A DNA stretch of 54,583 nt. It comes from Candidatus Sericytochromatia bacterium (GTDB taxonomy: Bacteria > Cyanobacteriota > Sericytochromatia > S15B-MN24 > UBA4093). The stretch spans positions 1-54,583 of the forward strand of contig JAKFCT010000034.1 of assembly GCA_036676495.1 (NCBI GenBank), read 5' to 3'. This document shows, in pieces, positions 39,624 to 48,578 of the stretch. How positions within the stretch are numbered: the first letter of the stretch is position 1; the number at the start of each line of letters is the position of its first letter. A program made the translations under genes and the position numbers. The notes under the pieces were generated by a model. The model was not told the DNA's origin and searched no databases. It saw nothing but the letters and a program-made list of their open reading frames with translations.

Positions 39624-40457
39624 TCAGGGGCCCGGCGGCTGAGCGGTCGGAGAGGTCCGGGGAGTGACGGGTTGTCGCAACTCGGCGGCGATCGCCCCGT
39701 GCACGTCCCGGATCATCCGCTCGGATAGGTCATGGGCCGCACTCACCACGTTGGGCACCATCAGAGAGACGATGAAGAGCCCCACGCCCGGCTTCACCGC
39801 CTGGACCATGTCCAGGATGTTCTGGACCGACGGAGCCGAGCGGTTGATCACCCCGAGGGCGAAGTCGACCAGGAACATCACGACCACGGCCGGCATGGCG
39901 ATCTGCACGCAGATGAGCAGGAGCGATCCCGTCACGTTGAGGACCTGACCCCACAGGGCCGTGGTCATGTGGAAGCCGCCCAAGGGCACCAGCTCGAAGG
40001 ACTGGAAGAAGGCGCCCAGCAGGAAGAGATGGCCTCCGGCCAGCACGAAGACCGCCAGACCCAGGTAGTAGAACATCTGGCCCGTGGCGGTGGTGTTGGT
40101 GCGCAGCATCGGGTTCATGGTGCTCATCATCGTGAGGCCGACGGCCTGCGCGACGTAGTCTCCCGCGCTCTGGATGGCGAAGTGGACGATCGAGGCCAGG
40201 AAGCCCAGGGTCATCCCCCAGAGGACCTCGGAGACGAGCAAGAGGGCGAAGCCCAGAAAGGTGCTGGGCAGGGCGGGCGCGTGGCTCATGGTCGTGAAGT
40301 AGACCAGGGCCAGGGAGAAGGCGAGGCCGACCCGGATCATGCCCGGGACGATCCGGGAGCCGATCACCGGGGCCTGCAGGGTCATCCCGATGCAGCGTCC
40401 GAAGATCAAGAGGAAGACCGGCGCTGCCACCCCCAGCCATTCCACGACCGAGGTCAT
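39624..40457 (-). CDS. fliR: Flagellar/T3SS export gate protein FliR
   Basis: R..G....AP, GGH..L...F.SF..VP and D.ALG.INR.AP motifs; follows fliQ. Confidence 0.88.
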   Translation of the reverse strand: MTSVVEWLGVAAPVFLLIFGRCIGMTLQAPVIGSRIVPGMIRVGLAFSLALVYFTTMSHAPALPSTFLGFALLLVSEVLWGMTLGFLASIVHFAIQSAGDYVAQAVGLTMMSTMNPMLRTNTTATGQMFYYLGLAVFVLAGGHLFLLGAFFQSFELVPLGGFHMTTALWGQVLNVTGSLLLICVQIAMPAVVVMFLVDFALGVINRSAPSVQNILDMVQAVKPGVGLFIVSLMVPNVVSAAHDLSERMIRDVHGAIAAELRQPVTPRTSPTAQPPGP

Positions 40458-40458
40458 G

Positions 40459-40731
40459 TTATCTCCCCAGCATGTCCGGGATGCCGAGCCAGAGGTTGGA
40501 GAGGTAACCCACCATCGTGCTCAGGAGCCAGGGACCGAGGGCGATGATCACCCCGAAGACCAGGAGGGTCTTCGGGACGAAGGTCAGCGTCTGCTCCTGG
40601 ATCGAGGTGATGGTCTGAAGCAGGGCGATCACGAAGCCCACCGCCATGGCGGTGATGAGGATCGGCCCCGAGCAGATCAGGACCAGGAAGATGGCCTGGG
40701 TGGCGACGTTGATGACGACGGCGTCCGACAT
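40459..40731 (-). CDS. fliQ: Export gate protein FliQ
   Basis: Q.ITSIQEQTLTFVPK motif. Confidence 0.93.
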   Translation of the reverse strand: MSDAVVINVATQAIFLVLICSGPILITAMAVGFVIALLQTITSIQEQTLTFVPKTLLVFGVIIALGPWLLSTMVGYLSNLWLGIPDMLGR

Positions 40732-42015
40732 TTACTTGAAGCTCTGGACGATGGCCTGGAGGATGAGGTGCCACCCGTTGGCCAGCGAGAAGATCAGGAT
40801 CTTGAAGGCGGTCGAGATCATCTGCGGGGGGAGCATGCTCATGCCGAGGGCCATGAGGGTATTGGCGACCACCAGGTCGATCACCAGGAAGGGGATGTAG
40901 ATGATGAAGCCGATCTTGAAGGCGGTGGCGAGCTCGCTGACCATGAAGGCCGGGATGATGACGTGGATGGGCACGTCATTGGGCGTCTGCGGGGCCGGCG
41001 TGCGGGAGAGCTTCACGAAGAAGCCCAGCTCGTTGGGGTTGACCTGGCGGAGCATGAACTCGCGCAGGGGCATCTGGGCCCGATCGAACATCACCTCCTG
41101 GGAGATCTGGCGGTTCATGTAGGGCTGAAGCGCGGTCTTGTCGATGGTTTCCCAGACCGGCGCCATCGTGAACATCGTCAGGAAGAGGGCGATGCCCAGC
41201 AGGACGGGGTTGGGCGGGATGCTCTGGGTGCCCAGGGCCTGGCGCAGGAAGCCGAGGACGATGATGGTCCGCATGAAGGACGTGGTCATGATGACCAGGA
41301 AGGGCAGGATGCTGAGGCCCGAGAGCAGGAAGATCAGCATGACGGGGGTGGCCATGCCGGGAGTGTCCAGCGGCGCGCGGAGATCCCAGCCCATCAGGGG
41401 ATTGGCGGGCAGGGCGGTCTGCGCGTAGGCCATGGGAGCCGCGAGGAGGGCGATCGCCAAGCCCAGGCCGATCTGCCGGAACAAGCGGTTCAGGTTGAAG
41501 CGAGGCGGCACGTGGGGCTCGGAGTCCTGCACCAGCTTCCCGAAGTCCCCCGAGGCATCGCCCGAGGGAAGGTCCTCGGGGTTCAGCTCGGCGAGCGTAT
41601 TGAACGAGCCTTCGCCCATGCCGACCAGCCAGCGGCGCTCTCCGACGCCCACGACGAGCAAGGAGCGCTTGGGATCGAGGGGAAGGCGCTCGAGGATCTT
41701 GATGCCCTTCCCCTTGTTCAGGGGGCTGATCTTGCCCTTGGTGAACTTGAGCGCGAGGTAGCCCATCCCGAGCGTGATGACGGCGACCACCACCAGCTGG
41801 ATCAGGTAGCCCGTGAGCGACAGCTCCGGCATGGGCGGGCGCATCCCGAAGCTTTCCGGGGGCGAGGACGTGAGGCTCAGCGTGGAGAGCGGCTCGGAGC
41901 CCGAGGCGAGCTCCGAGGCATTGACGGTCAGTCCTTGCGGCTCGGCGTCGGGGACTTGCGGCTCAGTGGCTGGGACTTGCAGCTCGGAGGCCTGGGTCGG
42001 GGTTTCGGGGTTCAT
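40732..42015 (-). CDS. fliP: FliO-FliP fusion protein
   Basis: N-terminal FliO-like part (TM plus IKILERLPL.PKRSL.VV.VG) and C-terminal FliP (MTTSF.R, PPN.VL, PAF.VSEL..AF.IGF.IYIPFLVID). Confidence 0.88.
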   Translation of the reverse strand: MNPETPTQASELQVPATEPQVPDAEPQGLTVNASELASGSEPLSTLSLTSSPPESFGMRPPMPELSLTGYLIQLVVVAVITLGMGYLALKFTKGKISPLNKGKGIKILERLPLDPKRSLLVVGVGERRWLVGMGEGSFNTLAELNPEDLPSGDASGDFGKLVQDSEPHVPPRFNLNRLFRQIGLGLAIALLAAPMAYAQTALPANPLMGWDLRAPLDTPGMATPVMLIFLLSGLSILPFLVIMTTSFMRTIIVLGFLRQALGTQSIPPNPVLLGIALFLTMFTMAPVWETIDKTALQPYMNRQISQEVMFDRAQMPLREFMLRQVNPNELGFFVKLSRTPAPQTPNDVPIHVIIPAFMVSELATAFKIGFIIYIPFLVIDLVVANTLMALGMSMLPPQMISTAFKILIFSLANGWHLILQAIVQSFK

Positions 42016-42024
42016 CACGGTCCT

Positions 42025-42366
42025 CTACTGGGAGTAGGCGCTGGAAAGCTCGGCCTGGAAGATCTTGGTGATCTTGATGCCGAAGTTCGAGCCGATCACC
42101 ACCACCTCGCCCTGGGCCACCACCTTGCCGGAGGCGATGACGTTGACGGGCTCTCCGGCCAGCTGATCGAGTTCGATCACCGAGCCTTCGGCCACCTGCA
42201 TCACTTGCTTGAGCGGAAGGCTGGTCCGGCCGAGCTCGACCGAGACGTTGAGACGGATGTCCCGCAGCAGATCGAGGGAGTTCCGCAGGCGGTCGGCGCC
42301 CGCCGCGGGGCCGCCCTGCACGGGACCGAACTTGACCGCGTTATAACCTTGGATATCGTTGCTCAT
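42025..42366 (-). CDS. fliN: C-ring protein FliN
   Basis: LDLLRDI.L.VSVELG...GSVIELD.LAGEPV...GEVVV SPOA domain. Confidence 0.9.
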   Translation of the reverse strand: MSNDIQGYNAVKFGPVQGGPAAGADRLRNSLDLLRDIRLNVSVELGRTSLPLKQVMQVAEGSVIELDQLAGEPVNVIASGKVVAQGEVVVIGSNFGIKITKIFQAELSSAYSQ

Positions 42367-42371
42367 GGGGT

Positions 42372-43763
42372 TTACCTCCCCTCGCGAAGGGTCTGTTGCA
42401 TGTCGGGAGAAAGCATCAGGACCTTGACGGCCTTGTGGTCATCGAGGCTCACGGCGCGAGCCTTTCCAACCGCCCGGCCGTTGATGCAGACCTGAACGGT
42501 ATTGTCGGCGGGACGCGGGAACTCCAGGATCGCCCCTTCGGAGAGGAGCAGCCAATCCGCCAGCGGGATCTCGGTGGAGCCCAGCTGGGCGCTCACCTGG
42601 ACGTAGACGTTGGAGAGCTGACCCATCGCCGAGTCGAAGGAGACGTCGAAGTCGGGCTTGCGCGCCGAGATGACGTTGAGGACCGGCGGCTCCTTGGGAC
42701 CGTCCTCCATGGGCTCCTCGGCGGTGGCGAGGACAGTCGAGGCGGGTTCCACCTCGTCGGAGAGGCCCAGCGAGCGCACCATGGCCGAAAGTTCCTGCTG
42801 GAAGGCCTGGGAGATCTGCTCGGTCTCCGCGGAGATCGCCGCGAAGTCGAAGCTGGGGGCCTCGACCTCGGGAAGCTTGGGGATCTCGATCTTCATGTCG
42901 GGCTCGCGCTGATCCGGGCGGGGATCCGTGAAGCCCACGGTGAAGTCCGCCTTGCCCAGCAAGAGCGTGGAGACCAGCACCAGGAAGCCGCCGGTGCTGA
43001 AGCCGTTGGTGAAGGCCAGGTTGGGATCGGCCACCACCCCGAAGGCGAGCAGCATGGACCCGATGGCGTCGGGAAGGGCCTCCACTCCCGAGAAGAGAAG
43101 GCGGCCCAGACCGATGATGGCCGCCCCCACCCAGAAGCCGAGGCTGAAGCCGTAGAAGTAGCCGATCAGCGTCCGGAGCATGGGCCATGCGGAGCCCCCG
43201 TAGGGGTTCTGGCGAGGGTCGAAGACCTCCTTGCGCATGGCGGCCAGCCCCATCCCCGCGAGCGCGAAGACGAAGGCATAGCCCAAGGCCCCCCAGAGCG
43301 CTCCGCCGAGGAAGATCCCCTGGCCCAGGAAGGGCGAGAGGGCATTGGACGCGACCGGCGGAAGATCGACCGGGGCCCCCAGCAAGAGCTTGGCGGCCAC
43401 CTGGATCCAGCGTCCCGGCTCCTGCATGGGGTTGGGGCTGAGGGTCAGGCCGTAACCGGAAGGGCTTCCCCAGAGGCTGATCAGCCAGATCGGCAAGAGG
43501 ATGGCGTTGACCAGGAGGGCCTTGGCCCAGTGGGTGGGCTTGATGACCACCCTGGGAATGGCGGACCGGTAGAAGAAATGGTAGCCGACGCTGGCGAGGA
43601 AGCCGGCGATCGCCAGCAGCATCAGGATGCCGACCACGGCGTGAATCCCGGTGCCCGAGCGGGCCGAGAACGCCAGCAGCATGCCCACCGGCACGACGCC
43701 TGCCCAGAGCGGAAGGGCTTGTCCCAGCAGGCCGACGGTGGGCTTCTTCCTCTCCTTGGCCAT
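42372..43763 (-). CDS. Polytopic membrane protein with a C-terminal FliM/FliN-type SPOA domain
   Basis: About 6-7 TM helices, an acidic linker, then VYVQVSAQLGSTEI.L...L..GAILE.....V.VCING. Confidence 0.75.
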   Translation of the reverse strand: MAKERKKPTVGLLGQALPLWAGVVPVGMLLAFSARSGTGIHAVVGILMLLAIAGFLASVGYHFFYRSAIPRVVIKPTHWAKALLVNAILLPIWLISLWGSPSGYGLTLSPNPMQEPGRWIQVAAKLLLGAPVDLPPVASNALSPFLGQGIFLGGALWGALGYAFVFALAGMGLAAMRKEVFDPRQNPYGGSAWPMLRTLIGYFYGFSLGFWVGAAIIGLGRLLFSGVEALPDAIGSMLLAFGVVADPNLAFTNGFSTGGFLVLVSTLLLGKADFTVGFTDPRPDQREPDMKIEIPKLPEVEAPSFDFAAISAETEQISQAFQQELSAMVRSLGLSDEVEPASTVLATAEEPMEDGPKEPPVLNVISARKPDFDVSFDSAMGQLSNVYVQVSAQLGSTEIPLADWLLLSEGAILEFPRPADNTVQVCINGRAVGKARAVSLDDHKAVKVLMLSPDMQQTLREGR

Positions 43764-44660
43764 CTAGTCGGCCCCCAGGCGAACCACTTGCACCGCCTTG
43801 CGCAGGCCATCGGGAGTCGTGCCCGGCTTCGCCAGGATCCGGGCTCCTCCGGCAGGGCCTCCGCCGAGTTCGACCAGCAAGGGAGCGCCGAAAGGCTGAT
43901 CGAGGACGATCACGTCCTCCTCTTCCAGGCTGTGAAGCTCGGCCACCGTCATGGTGGTCCGCCCCAGGTAGACCACCACGGGGGTCGGAACGTCACCCAG
44001 GTAATCGATCCGCTCGTCGATGGACTCGCCCTGGTTCTGGGCGTAGGTCATCTCGGCAGCGGCCTCCAGGGACGCAGCCAGCGGAATGAGGTAGGGCTGC
44101 GGAATGGCCAGCACGATCCGCGCCAGCGGCTGAGAGGGGACGTGCACCCGGAAGGAGGTGGTGATCATCGGGGTCTTGGCCGTCAGCCCCATGAAGATCT
44201 CCTGAAGCTCGGAGATGTCCGGGGCCTCCGGAAACACCCCCAGCTGCGCCTCCAAGTTCGCCACGTCACTCCACGCCTGGGCCATGGCGTCGGCGAGGCG
44301 CTGAAAGCTCCCATCCACCAGGGAGAGGTGGTCGTCGGAGAGGTGCTTGTTTTGAGGAGCCGCGACGAGGCTCTTGGCGGAGGCTTCGTCCGCCAGGATA
44401 ATGGCGCCTCCGGGCTGCTCGACGAAGCTCAGGATCCCCCAGAGGGCCTGGCTCTGGTACTTCTCGTGGAGGGCCGAGAAGGGCTGCTCGTCCACGGACG
44501 CCACGTGCCAGGAGGCCGGCGGCACCATCCCCTCCTCGTCGACGAACTCCGTGAGCATCTGCTCGATGAGCGTTCCAAGGTAATAAACCCCGCGCAGGTG
44601 GACGGCCTCCCCCGCGGGTCCTTGGTTCATGATCAAGGTATTGAGTTCGTCTTGCATCAT
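43764..44660 (-). CDS. Divergent FliM/FliY-like switch protein (CheC-like domain plus SPOA)
   Basis: N-terminal MQDELNTLI resembles LSQxEIxALL; C-terminal V.VYLGRT.MTV.EL..LEE.DVI.LD SPOA domain. Start at 44660 or 44657. Confidence 0.72.
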   Translation of the reverse strand: MMQDELNTLIMNQGPAGEAVHLRGVYYLGTLIEQMLTEFVDEEGMVPPASWHVASVDEQPFSALHEKYQSQALWGILSFVEQPGGAIILADEASAKSLVAAPQNKHLSDDHLSLVDGSFQRLADAMAQAWSDVANLEAQLGVFPEAPDISELQEIFMGLTAKTPMITTSFRVHVPSQPLARIVLAIPQPYLIPLAASLEAAAEMTYAQNQGESIDERIDYLGDVPTPVVVYLGRTTMTVAELHSLEEEDVIVLDQPFGAPLLVELGGGPAGGARILAKPGTTPDGLRKAVQVVRLGAD

Positions 44661-44684
44661 CAAGCTCCTTGTACCCGGCGCGAC

Positions 44685-44718
44685 AAAGGGAAAACGGGCA
44701 GCTTTCGCCGCCCGTTTC
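44685..44718 (-). terminator. Terminator-like hairpin between the flgE-like and fliM-like genes
   Basis: Sense strand reads GAAACGGGCGGC-GAAA-GCTGCCCGTTTTCCCTTT. Confidence 0.65.
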
Positions 44719-44735
44719 AGCCGCTAGCCAGTATT

Positions 44736-45812
44736 TTAGCGGATCAGCTGGTTCAGGTCATCCTGAAGCGTGTTGCCGACCGAGATGATCTTGACGTTGG
44801 CGGTGAAGGCCTTCTGGGCAATCGTGAGCTCCGGCAGGGTCTGGTTGACCGAGGAGTTGCCCGTTTCGAGGTTCTGGGCAACCAGCTCGGAGCCGCCGAG
44901 CACACCGGCACGGGTGGCGGCGACCCCGATGTGGTAGGCGCCCGCGGCCTGGGTGTAGTCGAAGGCGGTGCCTCCGGGGTTGCGGCTGAGGCCGTCGTTG
45001 GAGGTGAAGGCGGCCAGCGCGACGTACTTGTCCATCTGGCGCTTGACCAGCTGTCCGTTGACGATCTCGGCGTGCATGGGCGGCTCGCCGTTGGCGTCGA
45101 CCACGATGCCCGTGCGCTGGAACTTCAGGTTGGCGATGTTGTCGTGGTTCAAGCTCTGATTCCCGACCATGTCGTGGATGAAGGGAATCTCGAGCGGCTT
45201 GAAGCCCATGCTGGCGGGGCTTCCCAGATCTCCGAAGTTGAGGCCGTTGCCGGTCCGCTCGTCAGGCGGGCTGGGCTCGCCGGGCAGGCCGTCGCCAGCG
45301 GGAGGGCGGTAGTTGCCGGCGACGCTCATGACGAAGTAGCCGGTCGCCGGGTCGACCAGGCGGTAGACCCCCTGGGTGCCGTCGCCGATCGAGCCCTGGG
45401 AGACCCACTTGTTCGGCTCCACGAAGGACTGGAAGGAGAACGAGCCCGCCCGGGTGAAGACCAGATCCGCCATGCTGGTGGGATTGGGCACCTTGGAGAG
45501 CACGAAGAAGCCGTTGCCGTTGATGGCAAGGTCCGTGGCGCTCCCGGTGGCCGTGAGCGCCCCCTGGGAGAAGTCGGTCTTGGTGGCCTTGAGCTGGGTG
45601 CCGCCCACCGCGTACTGAATGGGATTGACGGCTGCCTGGTTGGCCAGGGCCGGGGCTCCGGCGCGAATCTCGTCGACCAGCACTTCCGAGAACTGCACCC
45701 GGGTGGAGCGGTAGCCGACGACGTTGGAACCGGTCAAGTTGCCGGCAAGCGACTTCAGCCAGTGATCGATCGTCTGCAAGCTGTTGGTGGCCGTGGTCCG
45801 GATATCCGACAT
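44736..45812 (-). CDS. flgE: Flagellar hook/basal-body rod family protein (FlgE-like), divergent
   Basis: DFSQG.L..TG..TDLAINGNGFF, TRAGSF and a C-terminal LE..N....AQ.AF.AN.K helix; follows flgD. Confidence 0.75.
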   Translation of the reverse strand: MSDIRTTATNSLQTIDHWLKSLAGNLTGSNVVGYRSTRVQFSEVLVDEIRAGAPALANQAAVNPIQYAVGGTQLKATKTDFSQGALTATGSATDLAINGNGFFVLSKVPNPTSMADLVFTRAGSFSFQSFVEPNKWVSQGSIGDGTQGVYRLVDPATGYFVMSVAGNYRPPAGDGLPGEPSPPDERTGNGLNFGDLGSPASMGFKPLEIPFIHDMVGNQSLNHDNIANLKFQRTGIVVDANGEPPMHAEIVNGQLVKRQMDKYVALAAFTSNDGLSRNPGGTAFDYTQAAGAYHIGVAATRAGVLGGSELVAQNLETGNSSVNQTLPELTIAQKAFTANVKIISVGNTLQDDLNQLIR

Positions 45813-45868
45813 GCCTTCCTCCTCTTGGAGCCGCGCGCGCTCGATCGAGCCGCGGGCGCTGCGCGGGT

Positions 45869-46285
45869 CTAGCTACCGACGTGCGTGACGTCGTCGAGGG
45901 AGTAGTAGGTATCCCCGATCTTCACCTGGGGATTCGGGCCGGAGTAATCGACGGCCGTGACCTGGCCCTTCTCGAAAAGGCCCTCCTGGACGTTGGAGAC
46001 CACGACTTCCTTGCCGATCAGGCCGACGGCGATCGCGCTCTTCTGGTTGGCCTGAGACGCCTTGTTGAGGTGGCTGAGGCCGATGGCCGAGTTGATCTGC
46101 GCGTACTGCGTGATCATCTGGGTGGCGTCCATGGGATTGTCCGGAGTCTGGTTGCCGATCTGAGCGACCAGGAGTTGAAGGAACTCCTTCATGGGGTCCT
46201 CGGACTCCTCGATCCCCTTGTTGGTGACCTTTCCCGGAGTCTTCGGGGGATTCCAAGTGATGGCTTGAAGGCCAAAATCCGCCAT
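45869..46285 (-). CDS. flgD: Flagellar hook-capping protein FlgD
   Basis: FLQLLVAQI.NQ.P.NPMD...I.Q.AQ and LIGK.V motifs. AAGGAG RBS before ATG 46285. Confidence 0.85.
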   Translation of the reverse strand: MADFGLQAITWNPPKTPGKVTNKGIEESEDPMKEFLQLLVAQIGNQTPDNPMDATQMITQYAQINSAIGLSHLNKASQANQKSAIAVGLIGKEVVVSNVQEGLFEKGQVTAVDYSGPNPQVKIGDTYYSLDDVTHVGS

Positions 46286-46566
46286 TCCAGGCTCCTTTCC
46301 CTTTTTAGCCAGCCGCGGGCGCGTCCGTTTATAGCCGCAGGGTTTCCCACGTTCGTCACGTTCGGGCCGCGGGCGCCCGTCCCCCTGGAGTGGGGGCGTA
46401 TAGCGGCATTGTACCCGTGGAAACAGGCTGTTAACCGTGTCGAAAGACACGCGAGCGCGCATTTACAATCCTTTACCCCGGTGCTAGGCTCGACCCAGAT
46501 CGAAGCCCGGACTCGGCCGCGGGCCGTTGCCCAGCAAGCCGCTCCCTGGGGGAAAGGAGAGAAGCG

Positions 46567-46815
46567 ATGAGCTTGTTAGCATGGATCGTCGTCGGCCTGA
46601 TCGCCGGCTGGCTCGCAAGCATGGTCATGGGAGGATCCGGCAGCCTTCTGATGGATCTGATCGTCGGGATGATCGGGGCCCTGCTGGGCGGCTTCCTCTT
46701 CAACTTGGTCGGCGCTCCCGGCGCCACGGGGTTCAACCTCTGGAGCATCTTCGTGGCCTTCATCGGAGCCGCCGTCTTGCTCTGGATCGTCAAAGCCGTC
46801 CAAGCCCGAACGTGA
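46567..46815 (+). CDS. GlsB/YeaQ/YmgE family (transglycosylase-associated) membrane protein
   Basis: WIVVGLIAGWLA...IVG.IGA.LGG...A.IGA..LL pattern. Confidence 0.92.
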   Translation: MSLLAWIVVGLIAGWLASMVMGGSGSLLMDLIVGMIGALLGGFLFNLVGAPGATGFNLWSIFVAFIGAAVLLWIVKAVQART

Positions 46816-46830
46816 CCTCCCTCGCCCCTG

Positions 46831-46856
46831 CCCCGGCCGATTGGCCGGGGTTTTTG
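46831..46856 (+). terminator. Intrinsic terminator
   Basis: CCCCGGCC-GATT-GGCCGGGG followed by TTTTT. Confidence 0.85.
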
Positions 46857-47027
46857 CTTGGAGCCGCGCCATCGGCTCCAAACGGCCCTCCCCCGAGCCT
46901 CCTAACATTATTTTGACATTAACGATTTCCCTCAAGCTTAACGTCAGCTTGATCCGGTCACAACCTATAACTCAGGTAGCAGAGCGCGGAAGTGGACGCC
47001 GCTCACAGGTGAAATCGGAGGCATCCC

Positions 47028-48578
47028 ATGGCAGCCAACGCAACGCAAAACCTGATTGCTCGACTCGGGCTCATCCCCCTGTTGGCCGTGACGGTCTTTG
47101 CTTCCGGCTGCGGACGCCAGCTCCCCTCGATGAGCCCCGGCGGCACCCTGACCAAGCCCGTCGACATGCGCAACCAGCGCCCCACGCTTCCGGCCGGCGT
47201 CTCCGTCCTCAACATGACCATCTCGCCCGGCACCCTCGAGGTCTCCGTGGGCCAGCCGCAGCGCTTCGCTGTCGAGCTCAAGCTTTCCGATGGCCAGACC
47301 ATGACCGATCCCCGCCTGGTCCAGTGGTCGGTTGCCGACCCCCAGGCCGGTAGCATCGACGATCAGGGCATCTTCACCCCTTCGAGCCCCCGGATCACCG
47401 CCGTCCGCGCCCTCGTCCAGAACAAGGTCGCCGAGGCCAAGCTCACCATCAAGACCGCCGCTTACAGCTGGCAGCAGGTGGACTCGCGCACCACGGCCGA
47501 CCTCTTCGACGCCAAGGTCCTCAGCCCCAACGAGGCCTGGGTCGTCGGCGCCCAGGGCACGATCCTGCGCTACTACAACAACACCTGGCAGCCCATCGCC
47601 AACCTGCCCGGCAACACCCTTCGCTCGGTCGACTTCTCGGACCCCTCCACCGGCTGGATCGTCGGTCACACCGGCGAAGAGAAGACCCCCAAAGACATCC
47701 TGACCCTCGGCTACGTCAACGGTCGCTGGATCCAGGCTCCGACCTCCGTCCCCGGCGCGCTCTACAGCGTCTCGTCCGTCGATGCCAGCAACGCCTGGGC
47801 CGTCGGCCAGGACTCGGCCGGCAAGGCCCTGCTGATGCGCTGGAACGGCCGCAGCTGGACCCGTGACACCTCTTACACCGGCAAGGGCCGCCTCAATGCC
47901 GTCCAGATGCTCGGCGCCTCCCTCGGCTGGGCCGTCGGACAGGAAGGCGGCGACGCCGTCGTCCTCCGCTTCGATGGTTCCACCTGGAAGAAGGACCGCC
48001 TGCCTTTCGGATTCGGCGCCTTCAGCGGCTCGGAGCTCAAGGGCGTCCACATGCTCAACGCTCAGCAGGGCTACGTGGTCGGCCGCAAGACCGTGCTGGG
48101 CACGACGGGCCTCGTCGACAAGGGCGTGATGCTCGAGTTCGATTCCCGCGGTGACCGCGACTTCAAGTGGTCCAACTGGAAGGACCTGGACGCCGCTTCC
48201 CCCCAGACCAAGTTCCTCGATCAGGTTCCCCTGAACGGCATCAGCATGCTCTCGGGCAACCAGGGCTGGATCCTCGGCGCCACCGTCACCCCCGAGACCC
48301 TCAACCCCAACCCGGTCCTGGACGTCTACGGCAACCTGCTCGCCTTCAACGGCACCGAGTACCGCATCGAAGAGGGCTACTACAAGGTCAACCTGGCCCG
48401 CGAGTTCACCGGGGTCGACATCCTGCCCCTCGGAGACGGCATCATCGTCGGACGCCAAGGCTACGTGATGCAGCGAGCCTATGACTGGCGCCAGCGGCCC
48501 GTGATGCAGACCCCGGGCCAGAACCAGACCACCAACCCCACCACCGGTCAGGACCCCACGCTCCCCATCATCCCCTAG
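47028..48578 (+). CDS. Lipoprotein with an Ig-like (Big_2) domain and a YCF48/BNR-like beta-propeller
   Basis: Lipobox ASGC, V.WS..DP....ID..G Ig signature, and repeated L..V.......W.VG..G..LR.DG..W units. Confidence 0.8.
   Translation: MAANATQNLIARLGLIPLLAVTVFASGCGRQLPSMSPGGTLTKPVDMRNQRPTLPAGVSVLNMTISPGTLEVSVGQPQRFAVELKLSDGQTMTDPRLVQWSVADPQAGSIDDQGIFTPSSPRITAVRALVQNKVAEAKLTIKTAAYSWQQVDSRTTADLFDAKVLSPNEAWVVGAQGTILRYYNNTWQPIANLPGNTLRSVDFSDPSTGWIVGHTGEEKTPKDILTLGYVNGRWIQAPTSVPGALYSVSSVDASNAWAVGQDSAGKALLMRWNGRSWTRDTSYTGKGRLNAVQMLGASLGWAVGQEGGDAVVLRFDGSTWKKDRLPFGFGAFSGSELKGVHMLNAQQGYVVGRKTVLGTTGLVDKGVMLEFDSRGDRDFKWSNWKDLDAASPQTKFLDQVPLNGISMLSGNQGWILGATVTPETLNPNPVLDVYGNLLAFNGTEYRIEEGYYKVNLAREFTGVDILPLGDGIIVGRQGYVMQRAYDWRQRPVMQTPGQNQTTNPTTGQDPTLPIIP

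Noticed and set aside
44671-44695. Additional GTTT-N15-GGGTAC promoter before the fliM-like gene
   Set aside because: It overlaps the terminator and would start transcription downstream of the RBS, so it is probably coincidental.
42396-45872. 1158-aa plus-strand ORF, and other long antisense ORFs (6363-8642, 12285-14846, 24714-26972, 29071-32172, 32898-35072, 40339-42495)
   Set aside because: These are shadow frames opposite well-supported genes, expected in high-GC DNA with strong codon bias. They contain no recognisable motifs.
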